A DNA stretch of 64,000 nt. Source: Candidatus Stercoripulliclostridium merdipullorum. GTDB taxonomy: Bacteria > Bacillota > Clostridia > Christensenellales > DTU072. Under the pieces are notes generated by a model that was not told the DNA's origin, did not search any database, and saw only the letters and a list, made by a program, of their open reading frames with translations. The position numbers and the translations under genes were made by a program. Positions 9,448-18,938 of this stretch are shown here, piece after piece. The stretch is taken from NCBI GenBank assembly GCA_018713745.1, contig DVOH01000038.1, positions 31,938 through 95,937 of the forward strand, read 5' to 3'. How positions within the stretch are numbered: the first letter of the stretch is position 1; every line of letters begins with the position of its first letter.

Positions 9448-10299
9448 ATGCATATCCATTGGTTTCCGGGTCATATGACCAAAGCCATCCGCATGATGGA
9501 ACGCGAAATCGCGCTGGTTGACAGCGTGATTTATGTATTGGACGCGCGTGCGCCGCTTGCCTGTATCAACGAGGCGTTTGACGCCGTGATCGGTATGAAG
9601 CCCGTCTTATATGTTCTCAACAAAGCCGATCGCGTCCGACCCGAAGATTGCAAGGCGTGGCTGGATCGGTTTGCTTCGGAGGGGAAACGGTGTATCGCAA
9701 CCGACAGTGTGTCCAAAAAGGACGCGCCCGCGATCGTCAAGGGGCTGTTGGAACTGAACGCGGCGTTGCTGGAGCGATACCGTCTGAAAGGCGTCAACAA
9801 AACCCTGCGCGCCATGGTGATCGGCGTACCCAACTGCGGCAAATCGACATTGATCAACAGCCTTTTGCGGCAGAAAAAGGCAACAACCGGCAATCGACCC
9901 GGCGTAACGCGGGGCAAACAGTGGGTTGCAATCGACCGCTATATCGAATTGCTGGACAGTCCGGGCGTTACATATCCCGACTTCCGCGATCAGGACAAAG
10001 CCTTGAGGCTTGCGCTGATCGGCAGTATCAAGGACGAAGTCGTCGATCCCGTCGAGCTTGCCGATGCGGCGTTATCGTTTTTGTCGGCGCACGATCCGGA
10101 GGCGCTGAAGGCGCGTTACGGGATCGAAGCGCTGCCGACGTCAGCCGCCGATCGGATGGAAGCGGTGGGGCAGAGGCGCGGCATGATGCTGAAAGGCGGA
10201 GAAGTCGATCTGCTCCGTACGGCAAATGCCGTGATCACGGACTTCCGGAAAGGTGCTTTCGGCAAAATTATACTGGAGTCGGCAAGGGATGGAATTTGA
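9448..10299 (+). CDS. rbgA: Ribosome biogenesis GTPase A (YlqF/RbgA)
   Basis: MHIHWFPGHM start and circularly permuted GTPase motifs (LNKADRV, then GVPNCGKSTLIN). Confidence 0.9.
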   Translation: MHIHWFPGHMTKAIRMMEREIALVDSVIYVLDARAPLACINEAFDAVIGMKPVLYVLNKADRVRPEDCKAWLDRFASEGKRCIATDSVSKKDAPAIVKGLLELNAALLERYRLKGVNKTLRAMVIGVPNCGKSTLINSLLRQKKATTGNRPGVTRGKQWVAIDRYIELLDSPGVTYPDFRDQDKALRLALIGSIKDEVVDPVELADAALSFLSAHDPEALKARYGIEALPTSAADRMEAVGQRRGMMLKGGEVDLLRTANAVITDFRKGAFGKIILESARDGI

Positions 10300-10900
10300 C
10301 CGTTACGAAGGTGCTTATCTGAAGCAAAGTGTTCGCTTGATCTGCGGTGTGGACGAAGCGGGCAGGGGACCCCTGGCGGGTCCTGTCGCCGTCGGCGCCG
10401 TAATCCCCGATCTTGCGCGTCTGATCGCCGCGGTCAACGACAGCAAAAAGCTGTCCGACAAAAAGCGGCGTATCATATATCCGCAAATTATCGAAAACGC
10501 GATTGCCTACAAAACCGTTTTTGCAGAACCCGACGAGATCGACCGCGTCAATATTCTCAATGCGACAAAGGCATGCATGTATGACGCCGTGACGAGCCTG
10601 TTTCCGCTCCCCGAGATGGTGTTGATCGACGCCGTCAAAATCGAACTGCCGTATCCCGTCCGCGCGTTGATACACGGCGACGCGTTGAGCTACTGCATTG
10701 CCGCGGCGAGTATTCTTGCCAAGGTCGAGCGGGACGACAAGATGATCGCGTATGCCGAGCAATACCCCGAATACGGATTTGAAGAACACAAGGGGTACGG
10801 CACGGCGCATCACATCGCGATGCTGAAAAAATACGGACCGTGTCCCATCCATCGCCGCTCGTTTATCAAAAACTTTTTTCCCGATGAATCCTTCCGATAA
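10289..10900 (+). CDS. rnhB: Ribonuclease HII
   Basis: GVDEAGRGPLAGPV active-site motif. The start was chosen at ATG 10289; the alternative at 10253 overlaps rbgA more. Confidence 0.9.
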   Translation: MEFDRYEGAYLKQSVRLICGVDEAGRGPLAGPVAVGAVIPDLARLIAAVNDSKKLSDKKRRIIYPQIIENAIAYKTVFAEPDEIDRVNILNATKACMYDAVTSLFPLPEMVLIDAVKIELPYPVRALIHGDALSYCIAAASILAKVERDDKMIAYAEQYPEYGFEEHKGYGTAHHIAMLKKYGPCPIHRRSFIKNFFPDESFR

Positions 10901-11249
10901 GATAAAAGGGGGTGCCGAGGCGGAATACCGCGCCCTCGAATATTTAAGACAAAAAGGCTACCGCATCCTCGATCGCAACGTCAATTATCCGAAGGTCGGG
11001 GAGATCGATCTTGTTGCCAAAACGGGCGACACCTTGGTATTTGTCGAAGTGCGTTATCGCGCGACAAAGGACTTTGGGGATCCGATCGAGTCGGTTACGA
11101 ATTCCAAAGTAAAAAAATTGCTACGCGCCGCCGAACGCTATCTTGCCGCTTTGCCGGTCAAGTTCGAGTCCGTACGCTTCGATCTGATCGCCGTGGACGA
11201 CTGCGGCATCGATCACGTCGAAGACGCATTTTACGGCTACTGGCACTAA
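10884..11249 (+). CDS. yraN: YraN-family endonuclease (UPF0102)
   Basis: 121 aa with the motifs GYRILDRN and GEIDLVA...LVFVEVRYR. Confidence 0.85.
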   Translation: MNPSDKIKGGAEAEYRALEYLRQKGYRILDRNVNYPKVGEIDLVAKTGDTLVFVEVRYRATKDFGDPIESVTNSKVKKLLRAAERYLAALPVKFESVRFDLIAVDDCGIDHVEDAFYGYWH

Positions 11250-11353
11250 ACGACGAAAAGCAAATTTTTTGCGCTGCGAACCCCGGCTTCGGCAAGAATC
11301 CGGGCTTTTGTGTATATTATGGTATTTATATTTAAGAAGTTGGGCAAAATCGC

Positions 11354-11382
11354 TTGAAAAATCCCTTTCGATTTGGTAACAT
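11354..11382 (+). promoter_or_regulatory. Promoter for rplS with an extended -10
   Basis: TTGAAA (11354-11359), a 17 nt spacer, then TGgTAACAT (-10 hexamer at 11377-11382). Confidence 0.45.
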
Positions 11383-11468
11383 ATTAGAGACTTTGTAGCG
11401 GACCTATGCGGGAAGCGTCAGCAAATTCCAAGACCCGTACGTACGCTATGTATCAGTTGGAGGTAAGT

Positions 11469-11813
11469 ATGAACATTATCGACATCATCGAACAAGAAGG
11501 CCTGAGAAAAGATCTTCCCGATTTCCGCGTAGGCGACAACGTCAAAGTTTTCGTCAAGGTCGTCGAAGGGACCCGCGAAAGACTGCAGGCGTTTGAAGGC
11601 ACCGTCATCGCCCGCAAAAACGGCAGCATCCGTGAGACGTTTACCGTCCGCCGTCTTTCCTTCGGCGTCGGCGTCGAACGTACGTTCCCGCTTCATTCGC
11701 CCAAGATCGACCACATCGAGATTACCCGTCGCGGTAAGGTCAGAAGAGCCAAACTTTACTACCTCAGAGGACGCACCGGCAAAGCTGCCAAAGTCAAACA
11801 GCTCGGCCGCTAA
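11469..11813 (+). CDS. rplS: 50S ribosomal protein L19
   Basis: ATG 11469 follows a [18 protein letters not shown]...FRVGDNVKV...RLQAFEG is canonical L19. The upstream ATG at 11406 adds a non-homologous extension. Confidence 0.95.
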   Translation: MNIIDIIEQEGLRKDLPDFRVGDNVKVFVKVVEGTRERLQAFEGTVIARKNGSIRETFTVRRLSFGVGVERTFPLHSPKIDHIEITRRGKVRRAKLYYLRGRTGKAAKVKQLGR

Positions 11814-11831
11814 GTCCCGCCTTTCCCTGTG

Positions 11832-11866
11832 CCCCGTCTTTCGGACGGGGTCGGGGGCTATCCCCC
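11832..11866 (+). terminator. Tandem GC hairpins downstream of rplS
   Basis: CCCCGTC-tttcg-GACGGGG (11832-11850), then GGGGG-ctat-CCCCC (11853-11866). A T-run follows only about 10 nt later, so terminator strength is uncertain. Confidence 0.4.
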
Positions 11867-11893
11867 GAATTATCCTTTTTACCGTTTTTCGGA

Positions 11894-14155
11894 GTGAAAA
11901 TGAAAAAAGTTTTGATCCTTTTGCTCGTCGTCGCATTGTCGGTAGCGATCCTTGCAGGGTGCGAATCGGCAGGTTCTTCCAAGTATAACGTCGACCTGAC
12001 CAAAGGCGGCGAACTCGGCGCCTTCGACTTCGACACCTTGACCGAATTGCAAAAAACCTGGATCTTGAAGTCCGGCGGCACTTCGGGCAATGTTTTCAGT
12101 ATCTGGAACAGCAACAACAGCACCGTCGCCAACGGCATTACCGTCGATACCTCTTCGGCAGGCTGGGCGTCGATTTCGCAAAAACTCGTACTGCGTCCCA
12201 ATTCGTACTATAAAGTTTCGTACCGCTTCACGACTTCGTCGATGGCGGCGTTCGAAGAGGACAAACCCTTTGTCGGTCTTTATGTCGGCTTTGCCGAAAA
12301 TCCCGACTTCAATATTCTCGACGACAAACCGACCGAACAACGGACTTCCACCAACAACGGTTCGGCTGAATATTATTTCAAAACCACCAATATCCGCGAA
12401 GTGACGCTCTCGGTCAACGTCGGGACCGAAGAACTTCCCGTCGTCGCCAAAAACGTGACGATCAAAGATCTTTCGATCGAACGCGTTTCCCGCGTGGCGG
12501 CAGAAGAGGGGGGTGCCGTTTCCGCGCTTTACACCCTGACTTCCACCGTCTACGGCGCCACCAGCTATATCAATCTCGTTTACGTCGTGATCGGTGCGGT
12601 TATGACGTTGGTCGCGGCTTATATCGCGTATATTCTCCGCGCCCGCAACGCTTACCTCATCAACGTTCGCACCCATACCAAGTTCTATGACGCGATTCTC
12701 AACGGAAAATCGGCAGGCGTACTGCTCGCCGCGGGGATTGCCTTGCTGGCGCGTTTGATCATTGTACTGATTCAGACCGCCTTGGCGGGTGCTTCCGATA
12801 TCCGTACCGTCTACTTCGGCTTCGATATCGAGCAGCTCGCGACGCAGGGACTTTGGATCGCCACCAACGGTACGCCGTATTTCTTCGAGTACAATACCGC
12901 CGCGTCGATGATGCCCGGGTCGCTTTATCTTGCTACGATTGCGGGATTGTTCGGTCGCTTGATCGGTCTGATCAACGGCACGACCGACGCCACCGTCTTG
13001 CTGACGACCGTTGCCGTCATCAAGCTCTTGACCGTACTTGCCGATATCGGTACCGTTATTATTATCTATAAGTGGATTGCCCGCCGCTACGATCGCGTTA
13101 CCGCAACCGTTATGGCGTCGTTCTATTCCGTCGTGCCCGCAGTGCTGTCGATGAGTGCCGCGTGGGGATCGATGGAGTCGGTGACCGCCTTCTTCGTCGT
13201 GCTGGCGTTCTACATGATTTCCCGCCGCGATTATATCGGTATGGCGGCTTCCTACTTCACTGCCTGCCTGTTTACCGTTTCGGCGCTTTACGTCGTGCCG
13301 TTTGTCTTGTTCTATACCGCGGCGGAAATTTACGTCGGAATTAAAGAGGGCGTCAAATCCAAGTGGATTATGCCCGCCGTCGCAATTCCCGCAGGTTTGG
13401 TGGCGTATATCCTGATCGCGCTTCCGTTCTCCGTCAATCAGATGGCGGCCGAGCCCTTCTTTGCCTACAACGCTCTCATCGCCGCCGTGCGCGCCGCAAA
13501 CGTTTATACCGCCAATGCCTTTAACTTCCAGGCTCTGCTCGGCAACAACTTCGCCGAAGTGACGACGCAGTCGACGTTTGTCACCATCGTCTTCGTCGTC
13601 TTTATCCTCGCCATCCTCGGCGTCGTGTATTTCCGCAAACGGAATCGCACCGACCTTCTCGCGCTTGCGGGCGGATTTGTCGTCGTGTACTGGCTGTTCG
13701 GCAACAATATGACCCAGGCTTCCCTGTTTATCGCGTTGCCGCTTCTCTTCCTGTACGCCGTTCTTTCCAACGACAAACGCCTTTACGCCGCGTTTGCGAT
13801 GTACGCTTCGCTGATGTTTATCAACGCTGCCTATATCTATCTCCTCGGCGGCTATACCTCGGACGGTATCGTTCACCTGACCTACGACACGCCGGTGATG
13901 TATGTGATCGGTGCTTTCCACCTCGCATTGATCATTTACTTCGTCATCGTCGGATATGACGTACTCGTCAACCGTAAGATCGTTGAGTTCAACGAGATGG
14001 ATTGCAGTTATGCCGATTACGTCAAAGCGACGGCAAGAGGGTGGCAGTACCGTTTGCAACGGGTCGGCGCCAAGACCTCCGGTACCATCTCGGCAATCGG
14101 AAAAATGATCAAAAGCGAAAGAAAGTCCAAAAACGATTCGGACGAAGAGAATTAA
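11894..14155 (+). CDS. Lipobox-bearing membrane protein: an N-terminal beta-rich ectodomain plus a large polytopic (GT-C-like) domain
   Basis: The N-terminus MKMKKVLILLLVVALSVAILAGC is a signal plus lipobox. It is followed by about 190 aa of hydrophilic Ser/Thr/Asn-rich domain, then 12 or more hydrophobic helices. The start could instead be the ATG at 11900. Confidence 0.7.
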   Translation: MKMKKVLILLLVVALSVAILAGCESAGSSKYNVDLTKGGELGAFDFDTLTELQKTWILKSGGTSGNVFSIWNSNNSTVANGITVDTSSAGWASISQKLVLRPNSYYKVSYRFTTSSMAAFEEDKPFVGLYVGFAENPDFNILDDKPTEQRTSTNNGSAEYYFKTTNIREVTLSVNVGTEELPVVAKNVTIKDLSIERVSRVAAEEGGAVSALYTLTSTVYGATSYINLVYVVIGAVMTLVAAYIAYILRARNAYLINVRTHTKFYDAILNGKSAGVLLAAGIALLARLIIVLIQTALAGASDIRTVYFGFDIEQLATQGLWIATNGTPYFFEYNTAASMMPGSLYLATIAGLFGRLIGLINGTTDATVLLTTVAVIKLLTVLADIGTVIIIYKWIARRYDRVTATVMASFYSVVPAVLSMSAAWGSMESVTAFFVVLAFYMISRRDYIGMAASYFTACLFTVSALYVVPFVLFYTAAEIYVGIKEGVKSKWIMPAVAIPAGLVAYILIALPFSVNQMAAEPFFAYNALIAAVRAANVYTANAFNFQALLGNNFAEVTTQSTFVTIVFVVFILAILGVVYFRKRNRTDLLALAGGFVVVYWLFGNNMTQASLFIALPLLFLYAVLSNDKRLYAAFAMYASLMFINAAYIYLLGGYTSDGIVHLTYDTPVMYVIGAFHLALIIYFVIVGYDVLVNRKIVEFNEMDCSYADYVKATARGWQYRLQRVGAKTSGTISAIGKMIKSERKSKNDSDEEN

Positions 14156-14170
14156 AAAAGCAACCACTAT

Positions 14171-14197
14171 GGGCTGTCGGATGACAGCCCTTTCTTT
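14171..14197 (+). terminator. Rho-independent terminator
   Basis: GGGCTGTC-ggat-GACAGCCC followed by TTTCTTT. Confidence 0.6.
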
Positions 14198-14211
14198 CGG
14201 TTGGGGGTACT

Positions 14212-15741
14212 ATGCTGATTAAACTGAAAAGTTATGCGTTGGAGGGACTTGACGGTTATCCCGTCGACGTCGAAACCGATACGCAAGGCGGGATTGCCGC
14301 ATTCGACATTGTGGGACTCCCCAGTTCTTCGGTCAAAGAGGCAAGAAACCGTGTGCGTTCCGCCATCAAAAATTCTTCCTTTGACTTTATGCCCAAGCGC
14401 GTGACCGTCAATCTTGCGCCGGCAGACACCAAAAAGGACGGATCGCTGTACGACTTCCCGATGGCAATCGGGTTTCTTGCAAGCACGGGGCAGATCGCAA
14501 CCGAACGACTGAAAGATTATGTAATGATCGGCGAACTCAGTCTGGACGGCGGGATCCGACGCGTCAACGGCGTGTTGCCCCTGCTGATCGGGGCGTTTCA
14601 GGACGGTTATCGGAAATTTCTGATTCCTGCCGAAAACGCCAAGGAAGCGAGTTATATCGAAGGGATCGAAGTGTATCCCGTCAAAACACTGTCGGATGCC
14701 GCGGCGTTTCTCGGCGGATACCTTGCGATCGAACCCGTTCGGCATACGGTGTACGACAAAGCCAAAACCGCCAAGCGATACGCCTTCGATCTCAAGGACG
14801 TAAAAGGGCAGGCGGCGGCAAAGCGCGCGTTGGAAATCGCGGTCGCAGGCGGGCATAATCTGCTGATGTGCGGGTCGCCCGGTGCGGGTAAAACGTTGCT
14901 TGCAAAATGCGTTCCCGGCGTTATGCCCGATATGAGCTTCGAGGAAGCGATCGAAACGACCAAAATTCACAGCGTTGCGGGACTGTTGGACGGAGAAGAA
15001 GGGATGGTGTCGGTCCGACCGTTCCGATCGCCGCATCATACCGCGACGTTACTCAGCCTGACGGGCGGCGGCAACCGAAGCACGCCCGGAGAAATCAGCC
15101 TTGCGCACAACGGCGTTTTGTTTTTGGACGAAATGCCGGAGTATGCCAAAAAGACGCTCGAAACGTTGCGTCAGCCCTTGGAAGACGGTGTGATTTCGGT
15201 CGCGCGCGTTGCGCGTTCGGTCGAGTATCCGGCAAGGTTTATGCTGATTGCCAGTATGAATCCTTGTCCTTGCGGCTATCTGAACAGTCGTCTGAAAGAT
15301 TGTACTTGCAGTGAGCAGGAGATCCGCAAATACCGCGCCCGTATTTCGGGACCCTTGATGGATCGGATCGACCTGTATGTCGAAGTCGACGGCGTCGAGT
15401 ACCGCGAACTGCGCGGGTCGCGCGAAGAAGAAAGCAGCAGCGTCGTAAAAGCGCGGGTAGAAGCCGCCCGCGAGATTCAGGCAAAACGGTTTGCCGACGC
15501 GCCGATGTTTGTCAATGCGGCGATGGGCAATGCCGAAATCAAACGATACTGTCGTCTGGACGAGGCGTCGGAAGCGTTGTTGCAGCGCTCGTTTGACGCA
15601 TATCGGCTGACGGCGCGGGGCGCGACGCGTATCCTGAAGGTTGCGCGCACCATTGCCGACCTTGCGGGAAGAGCCGAAATCGGCGTCGGAGATCTCTCCG
15701 AAGCGATTGCGTACCGTACGCGGCTGACGGGGGAATTATGA
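14212..15741 (+). CDS. comM: YifB/ComM-family Mg-chelatase-like AAA+ ATPase
   Basis: N-terminal Lon-protease-like domain, Walker A GSPGAGKT, Walker B VLFLDE, and a zinc-ribbon-like CPCG...C-C insertion. Confidence 0.92.
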   Translation: MLIKLKSYALEGLDGYPVDVETDTQGGIAAFDIVGLPSSSVKEARNRVRSAIKNSSFDFMPKRVTVNLAPADTKKDGSLYDFPMAIGFLASTGQIATERLKDYVMIGELSLDGGIRRVNGVLPLLIGAFQDGYRKFLIPAENAKEASYIEGIEVYPVKTLSDAAAFLGGYLAIEPVRHTVYDKAKTAKRYAFDLKDVKGQAAAKRALEIAVAGGHNLLMCGSPGAGKTLLAKCVPGVMPDMSFEEAIETTKIHSVAGLLDGEEGMVSVRPFRSPHHTATLLSLTGGGNRSTPGEISLAHNGVLFLDEMPEYAKKTLETLRQPLEDGVISVARVARSVEYPARFMLIASMNPCPCGYLNSRLKDCTCSEQEIRKYRARISGPLMDRIDLYVEVDGVEYRELRGSREEESSSVVKARVEAAREIQAKRFADAPMFVNAAMGNAEIKRYCRLDEASEALLQRSFDAYRLTARGATRILKVARTIADLAGRAEIGVGDLSEAIAYRTRLTGEL

Positions 15742-16817
15742 TCGGAGAAAACGCTTATGCGGCGTTGTGGCTCAACGCCGTCGTCGGATTTGAAAGCCGC
15801 AAGATCGCAAGGTTCTCGGCACTGGGTTATCCGCCCGAGCGGATCCGATACGAAACGCGTGACTTTGTCAAAAAGTTTGCCAAAGTCATCGATGCGGATG
15901 CCGAAAGGGAGCTTTTGGACGGGCTTGACCGCGGTCAGATCGAGCGGATCTCGGAGGATCTCGATCAGCTGGATATGGGGTTTGTCGTCGCCGAAGACTT
16001 TGCTTTTCCCGAGCGGCTCAGGCAGATTGCCGATCCGCCGGCGTGCTTGTACTATCGCGGCGATCTTGCCTTGCTGAAGAGTAAGTCCCTTGCCGTCGTC
16101 GGGACGCGCAATCCCACCCGTTACGGCAAAGAGGTGACCGAGAACTTCGTCAAAGCCTTGTCCGGGTTGTATACGATCGTCAGCGGCATGGCGCGCGGCA
16201 TCGACGCGATCGCGCATCGCGAAGCGTTGCGCTCGGGCGGCAAGACGATTGCCGTACTCGGAAGCGGGATTGACCGTCCGTATCCGTCCGAGCATGTCGA
16301 TTTGTATCACGAAATCGCGAAGCGCGGGCTGGTTGTTTCGGAGTACGGACTGAATACGGGCGTACAACAATATCGGTTTCCGCAACGCAACCGTATCATC
16401 AGCGGATTGTCCCGCGGTGTGCTGGTGACCGAAGCGGGCGAGAAAAGCGGATCGCTGATTACGGCGGAATATGCCGTCGAGCAGGGCAAGGAGTTGTTTG
16501 TCGTCCCGTCCGCCGTCACAAATCCCCGCGGAACGGGAACCAACCGGCTGTTGGTCAAATATCCTGCCGCGATTACGATCACGCCCGACGCCGTTGCCGA
16601 AGGATTGGGCGACGCGCCCTGCACGAAGCCGCCCGCACCGATGCAGCTGGACTACAACGAGGCAATGATCCGCGAAGCGTTGGTTTACCGCGAAATGCAC
16701 TTCGAGGAACTCTTGATGCTGACGGGACTCGGCGTATCGGCGCTGACTTCCCTCTTGACACAAATGGAAATGTTGGGTATTATCAAAAAACTGGACCATA
16801 ATTATTACGGAGTATAA
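15738..16817 (+). CDS. dprA: DNA-processing protein DprA
   Basis: VVGTRNPTRYG and SGMARGIDAIAH Rossmann motifs. The start overlaps the comM stop (ATGA). Confidence 0.92.
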   Translation: MIGENAYAALWLNAVVGFESRKIARFSALGYPPERIRYETRDFVKKFAKVIDADAERELLDGLDRGQIERISEDLDQLDMGFVVAEDFAFPERLRQIADPPACLYYRGDLALLKSKSLAVVGTRNPTRYGKEVTENFVKALSGLYTIVSGMARGIDAIAHREALRSGGKTIAVLGSGIDRPYPSEHVDLYHEIAKRGLVVSEYGLNTGVQQYRFPQRNRIISGLSRGVLVTEAGEKSGSLITAEYAVEQGKELFVVPSAVTNPRGTGTNRLLVKYPAAITITPDAVAEGLGDAPCTKPPAPMQLDYNEAMIREALVYREMHFEELLMLTGLGVSALTSLLTQMEMLGIIKKLDHNYYGV

Positions 16818-16823
16818 CAGGCA

Positions 16824-18938
16824 ATGAAGTTAGTCATCGTAGAATCGCCTTCCAAGGCAAAAACCATCCAGAAGTATCTCGGCGCGGGGTATCGGGTGAT
16901 GGCGTCGTGCGGACACGTCAGCGATCTGCCCGAAAAGACACTCGGGATCGATCTCGAACACAATTTCAAACCCGAATACGTCAGCAACCCCAAGCAGCGC
17001 GAAATTATCAAGAAACTCAAGGCCGCCGTCAAAGAGAGCGAGGACGTATATCTTGCGACCGACCCGGACCGCGAAGGGGAAGCGATCAGCTGGCATCTTG
17101 CGCAGAATCTCGGGCTGACGGACACGAAAAACAGGATCGAGTTCAACGAAATCAGCTCCAAAGCCGTACAGCAGGCAATCGGCAAACCGCGCCCGCTGAA
17201 CATGCAACTGGTTGACGCGCAGCAGGCAAGGCGCGTCCTCGATCGTCTGGTCGGATATAAGATCAGTCCCATTCTGAGCCGCAAAATCCGCTCGGGACTT
17301 TCGGGCGGCAGAGTGCAGTCTGCGGCGCTGAAAATGATCGTCGACCGCGAACGCGAAATCAAAGCGTTCGTACCCGAAGAATACTGGAACATTACCGCCA
17401 TCCTTCTGAAGCCCGGCGTGCGCGCTCCGCAGATCAAAGCGGCATTTGTCGACATCAACGGCAAAAAGAAAAAGCTCGGCAACGAAGCGGAGGCAAAAGC
17501 CGTTCTCGACGCGCTGGGCAGCGCACAGTGGAAGGTTGACAGCGTTAAGCGCGGGATTTCGCATTTCCGACCGACGGCGCCGTTTACGACTTCGACGTTG
17601 CAGCAGGACGGTTCGCAGAAGCTGGGGCTTTCTTCTCCGCGCGTCATGCAAATTGCGCAGCAACTTTACGAGGGGATCGACCTGCCCGGCGAGGGACAGA
17701 CGGCGTTTGTCACTTATATCCGTACCGACTCCGTCCGTGTTTCGGCGGAAATGCAACAGGCGACCCTGCAATTCATCCGCGAAAAATACGGACCCGATTA
17801 CGCGCCCGCCCGTCCCAACGTTTACGCCGCAAAAGGGCAAAACGTGCAGGACGCGCACGAAGCCATCCGTCCCATTTCGTTAGAGCGCACGCCCGAAAGC
17901 GTCAAGGACAAAATTCCCCGCGATCATTATCGTCTTTACAAGCTGATTTACGACCGCTTTGTCGCCAGTCAGATGACGGATGCCGTTTACAACACGCTGA
18001 CGGTGCGCGTCGAAGGCTTGCAGGGCGGAACGGTTTACGGATTCAAAGCGACGGGAAAAGCCATCGCGTTCAAGGGATACACCGTTGCGTACGAAACCGA
18101 AAAAAACGACGAGGAAGAGATGCCCGACGGCATCAATATCCCCGATCTGACCGATGGGGAGGCGTTGAATCTCAAAGAACTCAAGCCCGAACAGAAATTC
18201 ACCAAACCGCCGTCACGTTATACCGAGGCGACGCTGATCAAATCGATGGAGGAAGCAGGGATCGGGCGTCCGTCGACTTACGCGACGGTTATTTCGGTTC
18301 TTGCCAAGCGCGAATACATGGCGAAGGAGCAAAAATTCCTTAAGCCCACCAATCTCGGAGAAACGGTTACCGAGTTTATGGAAACGTTTTTTGCCAACAT
18401 CGTCGATCTGAAGTTTACCGCCAATATGGAAGTCAAGCTCGACGAAATCGAACACGGTTCGGAGTGGCAAAAGATTATCCGCGACTTCTATCCCGCTTTC
18501 AGCAAAGAAGTTTCCGCCGCTTACAATAACGACAAAAAACTGACCGTTGCCGACGAAGTCAGCGACGTGATTTGCGAAAAATGCGGCGCGCACATGGTGG
18601 TCAGGGAAGGGCAGTACGGCAAGTTTTTGGCGTGTCCCAACTATCCGCGCTGCAAGAACATCAAAAACATCATCGAGCCCGTTGCGGTCTGTCCCGACTG
18701 CGGCGGTCCCATTACCAAACGTCGGAGCAAAACCGGCAAGACCTTTTACGGATGCGGCAATTATCCCAAATGCAAGTTTATGTCCTGGGAAATCCCCGCG
18801 CCGATCTATTGCCCCGCATGCGGTAGCGTTATGCGGATCGTAGAGGAAGGCGACGTCAAAAAATACGTCTGTACCAAGCGAACCTGCGGACACGTCGTCG
18901 CGGCACCTTCGGAGCCCGAAGGCAAAGAGGAGGCATAA
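16824..18938 (+). CDS. topA: DNA topoisomerase I
   Basis: Toprim start MKLVIVESPSKAKTIQKYLG, a catalytic domain, and three C-terminal CxxC...CxxC zinc ribbons. Confidence 0.97.
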   Translation: MKLVIVESPSKAKTIQKYLGAGYRVMASCGHVSDLPEKTLGIDLEHNFKPEYVSNPKQREIIKKLKAAVKESEDVYLATDPDREGEAISWHLAQNLGLTDTKNRIEFNEISSKAVQQAIGKPRPLNMQLVDAQQARRVLDRLVGYKISPILSRKIRSGLSGGRVQSAALKMIVDREREIKAFVPEEYWNITAILLKPGVRAPQIKAAFVDINGKKKKLGNEAEAKAVLDALGSAQWKVDSVKRGISHFRPTAPFTTSTLQQDGSQKLGLSSPRVMQIAQQLYEGIDLPGEGQTAFVTYIRTDSVRVSAEMQQATLQFIREKYGPDYAPARPNVYAAKGQNVQDAHEAIRPISLERTPESVKDKIPRDHYRLYKLIYDRFVASQMTDAVYNTLTVRVEGLQGGTVYGFKATGKAIAFKGYTVAYETEKNDEEEMPDGINIPDLTDGEALNLKELKPEQKFTKPPSRYTEATLIKSMEEAGIGRPSTYATVISVLAKREYMAKEQKFLKPTNLGETVTEFMETFFANIVDLKFTANMEVKLDEIEHGSEWQKIIRDFYPAFSKEVSAAYNNDKKLTVADEVSDVICEKCGAHMVVREGQYGKFLACPNYPRCKNIKNIIEPVAVCPDCGGPITKRRSKTGKTFYGCGNYPKCKFMSWEIPAPIYCPACGSVMRIVEEGDVKKYVCTKRTCGHVVAAPSEPEGKEEA

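Noticed and set aside
11879-14167. A 762 aa minus-strand ORF opposite the lipobox membrane protein.
   Set aside because: It is a shadow ORF in the codon-aligned antisense frame. The sense strand encodes coherent TM helices and a lipobox.
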